The notes below the pieces were generated by a model. That model was not told the DNA's origin, searched no databases, and saw only the letters and a program-made list of their open reading frames with translations. The translations under genes and the position numbers were made by a program. Shown here one piece after another: positions 11,136-24,799 of a DNA stretch of 64,000 nt. Position 1 is the first letter of the stretch; each line of letters begins with the position of its first letter. The DNA is from Nemertoderma westbladi (lineage: Eukaryota; Animalia; Xenacoelomorpha), in the NCBI GenBank assembly GCA_032718475.1, contig JAUCBJ010008517.1, positions 1 through 64,000 on the forward strand. Reading direction: 5' to 3'.

Positions 11136-13835
11136 CAGTTAGGGTAAGTTTCTTAAATTGTAAATAAGAGGTTTTTTTCTTCCTATATTGGAAAAAGTGC
11201 TTCCTATATTTGAAATTTTTGCCATTTTTCTGTAGGCCTACATTTTCTTCGTTATCTTTCTGTCTTTTGAAATATATTTTAGCGGCATATTTGAATTCCT
11301 GGTTATTGGAGGTTAATCTATACTAAGTTTGTTGTGAAAACTAGAAAAAAAACTACCTGTCTGTCTGTGCGTTCGCTTTCTATAACCATTTTAAAAACGT
11401 TACTTTTTCCGAGAATTTCTTATATAGGAAATATTTTTTGGACTTCCTATTTCAGTATTTAGGAGTTTAACTTAATTCTTATTTAAAATATTTTATGTCT
11501 TGATTTTTCTTAATTAAGACAAATTATGACGTGCAAGTTCAATTTAAGACGATGTTATTAATGTAGACTGGTCTGCTGGTAGAGTACGATAAATTGCTGT
11601 AAACTTCGGAGCGCGAACTTTATTCCTAAAATGTTTTTTTATTCGTTGATCTTTTTTTGCTTGCTTTTGCTATAGTGTCGCACATTGGGCGCAAGTGAAA
11701 TAATTTATAGTTTATTGTTTTGGTTAGCTGGTTAGAAAACACCCACTGTAACGGGAACCTGCTCCTTTCCCTTTCCATCAATGTTCTTAATTAAATGAAG
11801 CTAAATCTCAAGTATTGGGCAAGTGTCCTATTCGAAAACTGGCCTATTGTGCATTGGGCATATATAGATAGATACTGTAACAAATAATAATTGTTTGATT
11901 TCGAATTTTGACATCCTATACACTGATACATTCACAATAATTGGAACATAATTATCCTTGAAAATTCGATAGGACTGTAGGAACATAGTTCGCAAGTAGA
12001 GGAACAAAGTTCGCTACACGTTGGAACAAAATTCGCAAAAATGCAATAAGAACAAAATTCGCAAAATATCAAGAGGAACAAAATTCGCGCCACCAGTACA
12101 ATACAGTCAGAAAGTAGGCCCTACACGAACACGAGTCAATATGGTGACGCAAATAAATGTAAATTTTTGAAGATTTAAGGAAAGAAAATAATGAATAAGT
12201 TAGGGTGTGTGATAAAAGCCTACATCTACAATATACTAATGATATATAGCAGTATACCAGGTTGGAATTCATGCTGCAAAACTCGGACGCGTACCTGCGC
12301 GAATGACCGCAAACCAGATGCGCGTTGCGCGTTTCGGTGAGACAGGTGCGCGTTCGGGTGTGATACAGGTGCGCGTTGCGCCTCAGCGCGCAGCTCTGCC
12401 TCTGATGCGCACCACAAATTAATTGAAATCACGAAAATACACAAAAAAATTTCGCTCGCTACGCTCGCATTTCTTTCTCATTTCCAATTCTTCAAACAGT
12501 CAAATCACTTCACCATAATACTGTAATACCGGCAACCGGAGCTGAATTTGTCTATTTATTTTAACTACAGTGCTCTATTGTTGTATTGTTATTAGGTCTA
12601 TGCTATGCCGATGTTACGTTAGTAAACAGGTAAAGTCAGAAAGTAACAATGTATTATAAGTATGACTTAATTATAAGCCAACTGTATGTTTAAGCCTAAT
12701 TGTTACAGTAGGTAGGCCTATACAAAGTATTATTGGCAGACTGGTACCTATTTCAATATTCGTTTTTTTGAAATTACCGGTACATGTTTTGTTTGTAATC
12801 TAAAATAATATTTTCTGTTATAAAAGCAGTGAGCCCGATGGGCCACCATAGTAGTGGATTAAAAAAATATTTTTTAATATTAACAATTTTGATGTTGCAA
12901 AAATTACATTTATTATGTAAGCCTAGATTCAACGTACAGACAGACAGACGTAAAGATAAGCTTAAAACGCTCAAACTTGTAAAATAGGAATGTAAAATTG
13001 TTCTTATGAACTGTGCGATTTTTTGAGATATGCATGACATGAGCTGCGCGATTTTGTTTGGATTATGACATATGATGAGGTGCGCGACAAGCCAATTTCA
13101 GGTGCGCGGTGATTTCAAAACAACAAAGCGTACCTGCGCGCTCATGCATGAATTCCAACCTGGGCGAGTATAGGCCTCCTACAGTCCTATGATATATGTC
13201 AAGGGGGATATATATTTGCAGACGAGAATTGCAGTCATTGCTGCATTGTAGCATTGTTGCTATTATCTGATTATACTATATTATTGTAAAAAAACTTTCC
13301 ATTAATAATTATTAATTATTGAAAAAAATAAAAAATAATATTGCATCAATAGTTGATAATTATTTTAAAATATTATTGCAAAGCAGCAAAGTAATTATTA
13401 ATTAAGCCTACTGGTATTGCAGTATCTGAGTATTGTAAAAATAATATTGCATGAATAATTATTAATCTGTTAATTTTTACAAAAATATTATTGCTTGATG
13501 CATAAATAATCATTAGGCCTAATTATTATAAAATAACATTGCATTAATTATTATAAAAATAATAGGCCTATTGCATAAATAATTTATTAATTATTTTAAA
13601 AATATTATTGTAAAAATAATATTGCATCAATAGTTATTAATTATTTTAAGTAGGCCTAGCAGCCTAGTAAAGATTAACCTGCAATAAGCAGGAATTCAAA
13701 TATGCCGCTAAAATTTATTTCAAAAGATAACGAAGAAAATGTTCAGAAAAATGGCAAAAATTTCCTATATAGGAAGCACTTTTTCCTATATAGGAAGAAA
13801 AAAAAACTTCCTATTTAAGAAACCTACCCTAACTG
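11136..13835. mobile_element. Non-autonomous DNA transposon with ~180-bp TIRs (hAT-like CAG...CTG ends)
   Basis: 11136-~11325 is the reverse complement of ~13666-13835 (CAGTTAGGGTA...gcggcatatttgaattcctg / caggaattcaaatatgccgc...TACCCTAACTG). Imperfect flanks gataactg / gctaactg. Confidence 0.75.
12258..13162. mobile_element. MITE nested in the previous element
   Basis: Perfect 17-bp TIR CAGGTTGGAATTCATGC / GCATGAATTCCAACCTG, with repeated aggtgcgcg subterminal motifs. Confidence 0.75.
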
Positions 13836-13869
13836 CTAACTGTACTGCAGTACTGTACTGTGGTGTGGT

Positions 13870-16000
13870 ACGGTACCGGCAAGTTCGAAAGTGCTTTCCG
13901 AGAACTATGTTAATGATATTGGGGAAGTGCCGGTTTTTGAACGAAGAGTCCCTTCAAACATCAAATGTGTCGAAGTCAGAAATAAATTTCAGTGTAGATA
14001 AGGTATTTGCGTCGCTGAGAGGTCTTACCCCTAAAACGTAGCAACACTCCAGATCATTTTCCTAGCATTATATTTTATAAATTAGCTCGTCAATTGGCAC
14101 TTCCTTTATCTATTATTTTTCAAGTCTCGTTTATAACACACGCTCTGCCTTCTATTTGGTTAACTGCTAACATTATTCCGAGTTTTAAGAAAGGCAATGC
14201 CTCAGACCCGTACAACTACCGCCCGGTTTCATTAACTTGTGTAGCATGTAAGATAATGGAATCCTGTATAAAGACTGAACTAATTGATTACCTTTTTGCC
14301 CATAAGTTAATTACTACACATCAGCATGGTTTTTTAAAGCGCCGATCTACTGGTACTCAGTTATTGGAATGCATTAACGATTGGGTCAATTTAGCTGAAA
14401 AGAAATGTTCTATTGACATTTTGTACATAGACTTCTCTAAGGCTTTTGATCGAGTAGTGCATAGTAAGTTATTGTGTAAACTTGCCGGATACGGCATATG
14501 TGGTAACCTTCTGGCTTGGATTGCAGCTTTTCTATCAAATCGGAGCCAACAAGTGCTAGTAGGTAATGAATTTTCCGTTTCCCGGAGTGTCCAATCAGGT
14601 ACTCCGCAAGGAAGTGTTATCGGCCCCATTTTATTCGTGATTTTTATAAACGACTTACCTGATTTAATTGGAATTAATGGTGTGTGCTGTAAATTATACG
14701 CTGATGATGTAAAGATTTATGCACCGTCTTCTAATTATATTAATTTATGTGATTCTTTGGGTGCTTTGTCGTCCTGGTCTAATACATGGCAACTTAACGT
14801 AGCTAGTCATAAGTGTCAAGTGCTTTACTTAGGACTAAATAACCCTGAAAACCCTTACTTTTTAAGTGGTTTAAAATTGGAATGCATGGATGGCAAGGAT
14901 CTAGGAATGATTATGTGCCCTGACTTGAAATTTAATGTGTACTGTAGGGAGCAAGCCGCCAAAGCAAATAAAATAACCAATATGATATTTCGGTGCTTCC
15001 GTACTGCAAATCGATCTGCCCTTATTACGGCTTACAAAGCATATATTCGTCCTTTAGTGGAATATTGTACTTACATTTGGTCTCCTCATCATAAATGTAC
15101 AATTGATTTGGTCGAACGTGTCCAAAAGTACTTCACCCGCAGATTGTTTGCCCGTTGCAAACTACCATATATGACCTACGTAGATCGACTGCAGTTTCTT
15201 AAGTTAAAACCATTGGAAGTTAGGCGCATAATTTTTGATTTAAAGATGGTGTATAAAATTGAGAGAAATTTAGTTGATTTGTGTTTTGATGAATATTTTT
15301 CTTATACAGGTAGACCTGGGCTTAGGGGTCATTCTCACAAATTACTTGTTTCCCATTCACGTCTTTTAATCTCAAAATACTTTTTTTCTAATAGGGTGGT
15401 GCCTGTATGGAACTCATTACCTCAATCTCTAGTAGATTCGCCAACCCCAAATATTTTTTCAGTTCGATTAATGGATATTGATTTTCAAGATTTTTGCCAC
15501 TTTGACCGATAATTTCAATTTTCGGGCCCCCGTAAGTGCTATATTGCCTGGGTGGTCTTCTCCTCTTTCCAAATTATTTGTCTTTATTTTATGCAAGTAT
15601 ACAGTACGTTTTTTTTTTCTGTGTAATTTATGTATTGTTGTTTTTGTATACAGGGCGAAGTACATTACATATACTGTACGAATTATGCACATTGCATAGG
15701 AGTTTGAATTCAATGTGCTCCTTATTTTATGGCCGACTTTTACCAGGGTTAATCCGTGCGTATTTTAAATTTTCCTTTTTAATTAATATTGAAAATATTT
15801 TGTTTTACTTTAATTTTAACGAAATTAAGTGTAATTATTAAGTACCGATAATTTGTTCTGTGTCTCTAATCTCTACAGTACTTCACAGCAGTAACATGCT
15901 AATGCATTATTAGTTCATTAGTTCCTAAATACTGTATATTTCATTGTGCCTTTTAAAATGAATGTTTATGTGAATTATTAAAGAGTGTATTAAACTAAAC
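13870..16000 (+). mobile_element. 5'-truncated CR1-group LINE; RT ORF 14094-15512
   Basis: NYRPVSLT, QHGF, IDFSKAFD.V, GTPQGSVIGP.LF, YADD, and C-terminal RGHSHKL...FFSNRVVPVWNSLP. Frameshift near 14035-14040. AT-rich 3' UTR follows. Confidence 0.9.
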
Positions 16001-16619
16001 AACCGGTAGGCAGTAGGCTTCTGGGCTTATAGTACAGTACTGCTACTACTACTACTACTAGGTCGAGCGAACTCGGACAGTGGAAATGAGATCCTTCCAG
16101 GCTTCCCGATTCTCCATAGTTGTCGCAATTTCGTTTCTCCTAAGTTCAGTATCCCTTTCAAGTTGATCTATATATGTTATGGCCGGTAAGCAGTCTGATT
16201 ACAAATTATATTTGGTGGATACTGGTAACAATGCCAGGTTAGTGGTTAGCCAACTGCAGCTGCTGCTAAGGCTAACTACAGTACAAGCTACGATTTCTGG
16301 ATTTCGTCTAAGGCTATGGGGGCCCTATCAGAGAGAAATACTACAAGTTGATGCTACCACCATCTCTTCTAATTTTTCCATACAACAGGAATGGAAGGGT
16401 ATTATAAAACGGCTGGATAACAGGATAATGAAATGGGATTAGTAACTGATTAACGTGTTGGGGTCTCCACATAATAAGTACAGAAGTAACAAGTAACACA
16501 CGTCATAATCATAAACCAATTGAGGGAAAGGAACAGGTTACAGATGCAGGCTTTTCTAACTAAAACAATAGACGGTCACTTTTGACTTTACCAATTGAAG
16601 GAGCCCTATAACCTCACCA

Positions 16620-17050
16620 CATACTACTACTACAATCGGCATGATTCATTGCAACTGCATTATATATATAGGCCCTATTATGTATTAAGAATGCTGTGCC
16701 GGCTTGTTGACAAAAGTGCGCCCCCACAACTCCCTTACAGCCTTACACTCTTACAGCCTTATCACCCATGACATTTGCTAGATCATCCGCATCTTTAAGG
16801 CCAGTGTCCTTTAAGACAGTAAGAAATATGCGTCTCAAGAAAGTTATGGGCTGTCCACCATGCTTATTCACTCCATGAGGTGCACTGGCTGGTCCTCACG
16901 GCTTAAAGCGATGTCCTGCAAAGCGGAGGCGGCTTTGTTCTAGTGTCAAGCTTGGGGAACCAATGACTGAATGAGACACCTCCAACTCCAATGTTATATA
17001 GTGTTTGCTTGGAGATGCAGAGATGTGTTGTACTTGACACAGTGAACCTA
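16620..17050 (-). mobile_element. RTE-clade LINE 3' fragment
   Basis: Reverse-complement match to 22125-22500 (gacatttgctagatcatccgcatctttaaggccagtgtcc). Has a (cta)n tail at ~16623-16633. Confidence 0.8.
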
Positions 17051-18342
17051 ATCTAAACAATTAGTCAATAAACATTAACTCAATAACATAATAGGTTACA
17101 GTTTACAGTAGTCTTATTTTTGCCATACGAAAATACCACAGGCTGACAGGTATGGCAGTATGGGTATGAATGAATGAACTATACAGCTATAACTCCACTA
17201 CGCTACCGCGGTATACACCGCTAAGGCAGTAAGGCTACCGCAAAGCTATACCACTACCGCAAAAAGTAACTACTGATGTCTGACTGTATGTGTGCGATCC
17301 CTGTTTATAATACATATAATAATTAATTTGATCATTAAAATAATGTTGCATTGTAATTATGTAATATATATGTACTGATACGGGATGCAGTTTTGATTTA
17401 AATACCGATATACAGTATGGCAGCATGGGTACACTTGGAGTTGTACTAAAGTCCAATATTGGACTTTGGAGTCCAAAATTGGACTTGAAGTCTAAAATTG
17501 GACTTGAAGTCCAATTTTTGACTTCTCACCGACTGGCAGTACTGCAGTAGTTCAGCATGAACTGTAGTTGGTAATAGCAGGACATTTCGCATTATGTTTG
17601 GCATAGCTGCATAGGCCTATTTCTGGTGTTCTATTTGCGTAAACAGCGCCGCAATTCTAGATGTGCAAGAGCGCGCCGCAGATAGGCACTCAAACCTGTA
17701 AGTATTCCAGTCAGGCCAGTAGGCAGTAGGTACCAATATCCAGTAGCTGAGTACTGGAGTAGGCCTACAACTGTACAACAGGTTGTTGTGACAGTCTGAC
17801 AGTGCAGCAGTGTGATGAAGAAGGAATCTACAGTACATTGTACTACTGATGTACGCCTAACGGCCTAAGCTTGTCACTGTAATTACTCTATTATTACACC
17901 ATTGCGTCATTATTTGAGTGCATGGATTTCTCTCAACCAATTGACACATGGAACTGTATTCCTCCCAGGCCAAAATGTTTGGCAAACACCAACAAATATA
18001 AATCTATAAAGATATCCGACATTGCTATCGCAGTACATGGGCTACATACCCGACGGGACGTTAATGGCACAGCCGTAGCGCGAAAGGGGAACTCCATTGT
18101 CTGAAATTCCTATACAGTAGTAGGCCTATATGCTATACGGAACTCCAACAAAGTCGACAAAACATCTACGCCGAACAATCAGCAACTCATTTAATCCAAC
18201 CGCTCATTGATTTTGCGGCAACTTATACTGATAAAGTGGTACCAAACACATCCGTTCGTCCCACTGTCTGAGAAGGTAGGTCGGTGCGTAAGTGCCCTGC
18301 TTCATCTGTTGTCCCTAGGGTAGCGTAGGTGCTAAAATCTAC

Positions 18343-19060
18343 AACGAGCAACAATGAGTATGTGTAACAATGAGCAACAACAAGCAATAATAAAGTACAA
18401 CAGTGAGCAACCATGAACAACAACGAGCAACAATGAACAAAAATGAGCAAAAATGAACAACAACGAGCAACCATGAACAACAACGAGCAACAATGAACAA
18501 AAATGAGCAAAAATGAACAACAACGAGCAACAATGAACAACAATGAGCGACAATGAACAACAATGAGCAACACTGAGCAACAATGAGCAATAATGAGCAT
18601 CAACGAGCAACAATAAAGTACAACAATGAACAACAACAAGCGAAAATGAGCAACAACGAACAACAATGAGCAACACTGAGCAACAATGAGCAATAATGAG
18701 CATCAACGAGCAACAATAAAGTACAACAATGAACAACAACAAGCGAAAATGAGCAACAATGAGCAACCATGAACAACAACGAGCAACAATGAACAAAAAT
18801 GAGCAAAAATGAGCAACAACGAGCAACAATGAACAAAAATGAGCAAAAATGAACAACAACGAGCAACAATGAACAACAATGAGCGACAATGAACAACAAT
18901 GAGCAACACTGAGCAACAATGAGCAATAATGAGCATCAACGAGCAACAATAAAGTACAACAATGAACAACAACAAGCGAAAATGAGCAACAATGAGCAAC
19001 AACGAGCAACATTGTGCAACACTGAGCAACAATGTGCTACAATGAACAAAAATGAGCAAT
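18343..19060. repeat. AAC-rich 7-10-bp minisatellite (aacaatgagc / aacaacgagc) with block duplications
   Basis: Directly visible. It generates the Cys/Leu-rich shadow ORFs on the minus strand. Confidence 0.9.
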
Positions 19061-19359
19061 CTGCGCATCTGTGCGAGAGGCTATTATATTTCTTTAAATA
19101 AACGCACCATATTTTAAACATTTTTGTTTATGTATGAATATAGCTATATAATAGTAGGCCTATGAGTAAAGAGGTATTGCATTGTTGCCAATCTACGGGA
19201 CAAAATCACAAAATGACAAAATGTTCTAGAACAAATAACAGTTGATTACTCTCATAAATAAAACTGTAACCTGTTCTATTGGATTTAGTTTATTGTTTTT
19301 GTTAAAATAAGGTGCCACTGTAACCTGCTTCTTTCCCTAAATTGAGAATTTAACATGGG

Positions 19360-19915
19360 GGCGGGATATTAATTTGCCAAGATGGCCAAATTTGCCTTTA
19401 AAGGCATAGTGAGGCATGGTCTGTGGCTCAAACCTAAAACTCGAGGCTTTAGGAGTGCCTCAGGTCTTAAATCTGAGTCTTTAGTGGTAGACTGGAGAAC
19501 TGCGGGTCGATAAACCTCCTCGGTAAAATATAGCCTATGCCATAGTAGATGTCTACCAAGTTTCAGCCTAAATGGTTTAAAAACAATCAAATGAGATCAG
19601 GTTTTCACTTTGAGACATTTCACCCTCCAGCGGCAGACTGTGGAACTTCAGACTACTCTGCGCCTCCGTAAAAGATATAGCCTATGATATAGTAGATGCC
19701 TACCGAGTTTAAACCTATGCGGATTGTAAATAACAAAGATAGAGAAGATGTTAATTTTCAAATAATACGCCCTCTAGCGGCAGACTGGGGAACTTCCGAC
19801 TACTCTATGTCTCCGTAAAAGATATAGCCTATGCCGTAGTAGATGCCTACCGAGTTTAAACCTAATCTGAATGAAAATAACAAAGTTAGAGAAGATGTTA
19901 ATTTTCAGATCATAC
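19360..19915. repeat. Second copy of the ~120-bp subrepeat family (see 2955-3960)
   Basis: About four degenerate units containing gcggcagactg...aaagatatagcctatg...agtagatgcctaccgagttt. Confidence 0.6.
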
Positions 19916-20242
19916 AACGATAAAGCTGTCTGGATATACTGTAGATAAGAGTAATTAGTTATCAGTAAGGGAGCTGTATACCTTAGCGTATGCTATACCG
20001 TATGCTATACCGTATGCTATGTAAATGATATGATAAGCAGTATAGATCCCGATTTTAAACTCATTTTATATGCCGACGACAGTGCTCTTATTTTCTCCCA
20101 TAAAGATCCTATCCATATTTCCCAAAAGTTAAGTGCAGTTCTAGAATCCTGTAATGAGTGGTTGGTTGATAATAAGCTATCCATTCACTACGGTAAGACT
20201 GAAAGTATTTTGTTTGGTTCCAAAAGAAAGTTAATGAATGTA

Positions 20243-21135
20243 CACCATAACCCTTAATACAACAACCATATTTAGGGGGTCGGAGCCCCCCCCCCCCTTA
20301 ATTTTTTTAAAATTTCAATAAAATGCTACGAAATTTGGTATGATGATAGATCGACACCTTTTCTTACTGATGGCCTGGTCGGATTTTTTAATTTATGAGC
20401 TATTTCGATACAACAAGCCGTTAAAAATCGCCTTTTTCGCAATATTTAGCCACCTCCGTCAGGTTTATTTTTCGTCTTTGGAATGAGATCTAGATATCAT
20501 TAGAACCGCCTTCATCTGCAGATTCCGGATATGAAACCCGTTGTAAATTACACCAAGAACTTCCGGAGATATTATCAAAATACTAAGGTGTAAATTTTTG
20601 TGACGTAAATCGCTATAATTCTAATGTTTTATTTACTCAATTCTAGAATATTAATTATGGATATTAAAAAAACAAGATGGAGAGTTTTAAACGCTCAGCT
20701 AAATAATAATTAATATTCTAGAATAAAGACAACAAAACATCAGAATTATAGCGATTTACGTCTCTAAATTTACACATTAGTATTTTGATAATATCTTTAC
20801 CAATTTTTGGTTAAATTTAAAACGGTTTTCAGATTCGGAATCTACAGACGAAGGCGCTTCGAATGATATCTAGATTACATTTCAAAGACGTAAAATAAAG
20901 TCTACGGAGGTGGTTAAACATTGCTAAATAGACATTTTTTAAGGGATTGTTGTATGGAAATAACTGAGAAATTGAAAAATCCGGCCAGGCCACCAGTAAG
21001 AAAAGGTGTAGATCTATCATCATACCTAATTTCGTAGCATTTTATTGATTTATTGAAATTTGAAAAAAATTAGGGGGGGGGGGGGGGGGGGGCTCCGACC
21101 CCATAAAAATGGTTGTTGTATTAAGGGTTATGGTG
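20243..21135. mobile_element. Foldback MITE with TA target duplication (Tc1/mariner-like)
   Basis: TA|CACCATAACCCTTAATACAACAACCAT ... ATGGTTGTTGTATTAAGGGTTATGGTG|TA, with almost the whole element palindromic. Excising it rejoins the LINE frame (KRKLMNV-TKFEV). Confidence 0.9.
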
Positions 21136-21958
21136 TAACTAAGTTTGAAGTCACTAGTAATGGACATAAGATTGAAAATACGTAAAAAGGAAGTTAAATA
21201 TTTAGGCGCCATATTGGATAACTGCTTATCAGGAGAAAGCACAGTGAAAAACTTTTTCTCGAAAGTTAACAGTAGGCTTAGGTTTCTATACAGAAATAAA
21301 AATAGTTTAAACACCGACTCCCGCAAGTTACTTTGCTCTTTAATACAGTACAGTGTCACATTGACTATGCATGCTCTTCTTGGTATGAAGGCTTAACCAA
21401 ACAGCTTAACTGTAAATTACAAGTAGCTCAGAATAAAATAGTACGATTTATTAAAGACTACAAACCTAGGCACCACGTAACTCCAGATGACTTTTCTGAA
21501 TCTGGACTACTTAACTTAGATAGTAGAGTTAAGCAGCTACGCCTTAACCATGTGCATAAAGTGTATAATGGTAAATGTCCCAATTACCTAAAACAAGAAT
21601 TCAACAGAGTACGCGATACACACTCTTACAGTACCAGAGCTAGTGCTTCAAACTTCTACCTCCCGAATTGTAAATCCTTTGAATCTGATACTTTCTTTTT
21701 TAACGGCATTAAAAATTGGAAAGCTTTGCCTAATGAAATTAAAAACCTAAATAATCAACATTCTTTTAAATCAGCAGTTAAATCTCACCTCCGTGTGTAA
21801 TGTAAAAATATGTACAATAGTCCTACAGTAAGTTATTAGTTTATTAATTATTTACTATTTATACTCTAATTACGTTTTATAATAAATAGTTCTGTACATT
21901 ACATCTTTATCGTTGAGTCGGACATTGTCACGCTCTCGGTAAAATTGTACATGTACAT

Positions 21959-22506
21959 TGAATAGGTTTCCAGGATTTGGAAGTCACCAAGAATTAATCG
22001 GAAACTTAAGGTCCGATTATTTAGAGCAGCAGTATTCCAGTACTCCTCTACGGGAGTCCATGCAGGGCTCTAACTGCTGAGGACACCAAATCTCTGGATG
22101 GCACATTCACAAGAATGCTACGCCGGGTTCATTGTGTCAAGTACAATGCACACATCTCCAACCAGACACTATATAACATTGGAGGTGTCTCATTGGTTCC
22201 CCCAAGCTTGACACTAGAACAAAATCGCCTCCGCTTTGCAGGACATTGCTTTCGCCGTGAGGACCAGCCAGTGCATAATCTTGTACTTTGGCAGCCTCAT
22301 GGAGTGAATAAGCATGGTGGACAGCCCATGACTTTCTTGAGACGCATCTTAAAGGACACTGGCCTTAAAGATGCGGATGATCTAGCAAATGTCATGGGTG
22401 ATAGGGAGTTGTGGCGGTGCAATTTTGTTGACAAGCCGGCACAGCATTCCTAAAAATGCAGCTGCAATGCAGCATGCCGATCCTAGTAGTAGTAGTAGTA
22501 GTAGTA
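21959..22506 (+). mobile_element. RTE-clade LINE 3' fragment with (TAG)n tail
   Basis: RLRFAGHCFRR...LVLWQP.G...DTGL...MGDRELWR C-terminal motif. 12-bp TSD gtacatgtacat at 21947-21958 and 22507-22518. Confidence 0.85.
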
Positions 22507-23069
22507 GTACATGTACATAGTGTGATGACGTTTTATATTGGTTTTAGGTTAGCGTAGTGTAATATTGTATTTGTAACCAAGTAACATAAATTGGAAATAA
22601 GCTGCAAAGCTTTAGGGGTAATCCTATATGTTATGTTGGACAATACCTTTCTACCGGTACATTGTTTGGTGTATTTGTTATTGTTTTTACATAATGTATA
22701 AATAAATCTATCTATCTATCTATAGGGCTAAATATAGCAATGCGATGTCAACAAAGACATCATTTAGAAAGTGATATATAAAACTAATTATTGGTAAATC
22801 TAAAAATAGAAATCAATAAATAAAGTAAAAGTAATAGAATTAAATAATTTAAAATTAAATACAAATAAATAAGTATTAATAAATAAAAGAGCAGAGGTGT
22901 CACTTATGACACCCTTTGCACCTCTCGGTGACACTTAGAGAACACTGATGACCCATTGTGTGTCAGGGCGCTAATCAATCTGATTAATTAGGATAATCAA
23001 TTAAACTCTAATTAGGAGTCCTAAGACCCCTATTAGGGTTTAATTGTATTGGTTTAATTAGATTCACTA

Positions 23070-24792
23070 ATTTTATGTCTGGGCCCTTGCACTGTATAAT
23101 TGATTGCTTGAGTCCAATAGATGATTCACGAATTTTATGTCTGGACCCTTGCACTGTATAATTGAGTGTTGTATTCTAATAGAGGATTCACAAATTTTAT
23201 GTCTGGGTCCTTGCACTGTGTAATTGATTGTTTTATTTCAATAGATGATTCATGATTTTATGTCTGGGCCCTTGCACTGTATAATTGATTGTTTGAGTCC
23301 AATAGAGGATTCATGGATTTTATGTCTGGGCCCTTGCACTGTATAATTGATTGTGTGAGTTCAATAGATGATTCAAGGATTTTATGTCTGGGCCCTTGCA
23401 CTGTATAGTATAATTGATTGTGTGAGTCCAATAGATGATTCAAGGATTTTATGTCTGGGCCCTTGCACTGTATAATTGATTGTTTGAGTCCAATAGAGGA
23501 TTCATGGATTTATGTCTGGGCCCTTGCACTGTATAATTGATTGTGTGAGTCCAATAGATGATTCAAGGATTTTATGTCTAGGCCCTTGCACTGTATAATT
23601 GATTGTTTGAGTCCAAGAGATGATTCACGAATTTTATGTCTGGGCCCTTGCACTGTATAATTGATTGTTTGAGTCCAATAGATGATTCACGAATTTTATG
23701 TCTGGGCCCTTGCACTGTATAATTGATTGTTTGAGTCCAATAGATGATTCACGAATTTTATGTCTGGGCCCTTGCACTGTATAATTGATTGTTTGAGTCC
23801 AATAGATGATTCACGAATTTTATGTCTGGGCCCTTGCACTGTGTAATTGATTGTTTTATTCCAATCGATGATTCATGATTTTATGTCTGGGCCCTTGCAC
23901 TGTATAATTGATTGTTTGAGTCCAATAGAGGATTCAAGGATTTTATGTCTGGGCCCTTGCACTGTATAATTGATTGTGTGAGTCCAATAGATGATTCAAG
24001 GATTTTATGTCTGGGCCCTTGCACTGTATAATTGATTGTTTGAGTCCAATAGATGATTCACGAATTTTATGTCTGGGCCCTTGCACTGTATAATTGATTG
24101 TTTGAGTCCAATAGATGATTCACGAATTTTATGTCTGGGCCCTTGCACTGTGTAATTGATTGTTTTATTCCAATCGATGATTCATGATTTTATGTCTGGG
24201 CCCTTGCACTGTATAATTGATTGTTTGAGTCCAATAGAGGATTCAAGGATTTTATGTCTGGGCCCTTGCACTGTATAATTGATTGTGTGAGTCCAATAGA
24301 TGATTCACGAATTTTATGTCTGGGCCCTTGCACTGTATAATTGATTGTTTGAGTCCAATAGATGATTCACGAATTTTATGTCTGGGCCCTTGCACTGTGT
24401 AATTGATTGTTTTATTCCAATCGATGATTCATGATTTTATGTCTGGGCCCTTGCACTGTATAATTGATTGTTTGAGTCCAATAGAGGATTCAAGGATTTT
24501 ATGTCTGGGCCCTTGCACTGTATAATTGATTGTGTGAGTCCAATAGATGATTCAAGGATTTTATGTCTGGGCCCTTGCACTGTATAATTGATTGTTTGAG
24601 TCCAATAGATGATTCATGATTTTATGTCTGGGCCCTTGCACTGTATAATTGATTGTTTGAGTCCAATAGAGGATTCATGGATTTTATGTCTGGACCCTTG
24701 CACTGTATAATTGATTGTTTGAGTCCAATAGATGATTCATGATTTTATGTCTGGACCCTTGCACTGTAAAAATTGAGTGTTGTATTCTAATT
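23070..24792. repeat. ~62-bp minisatellite, ~28 copies
   Basis: Unit ttttatgtctgggcccttgcactgtataattgattgtttgagtccaatagatgattcacgaa. Edge units are more diverged. Confidence 0.95.
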
Positions 24793-24799
24793 TTAATTG

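Larger units (their letters stand above)
20025..22722 (+). mobile_element. 5'-truncated, frameshifted L2/Crack-group LINE interrupted by a MITE and an RTE fragment
   Basis: LYADDS, KTESILFG, VKYLGAILD, DYACSSWY, KLQVAQNK, HSYSTR, W.ALP motifs across ORFs 20030-20257, 21145-21396 and 21333-21800. The 3' tail ends aataaa(tcta)n at ~22700-22722, and a similar tail lies at ~5670-5740. Confidence 0.8.

Noticed and set aside
18223-19121. Cys/Leu/Val-rich ORFs
   Set aside because: They are translations of the AAC-rich minisatellite.
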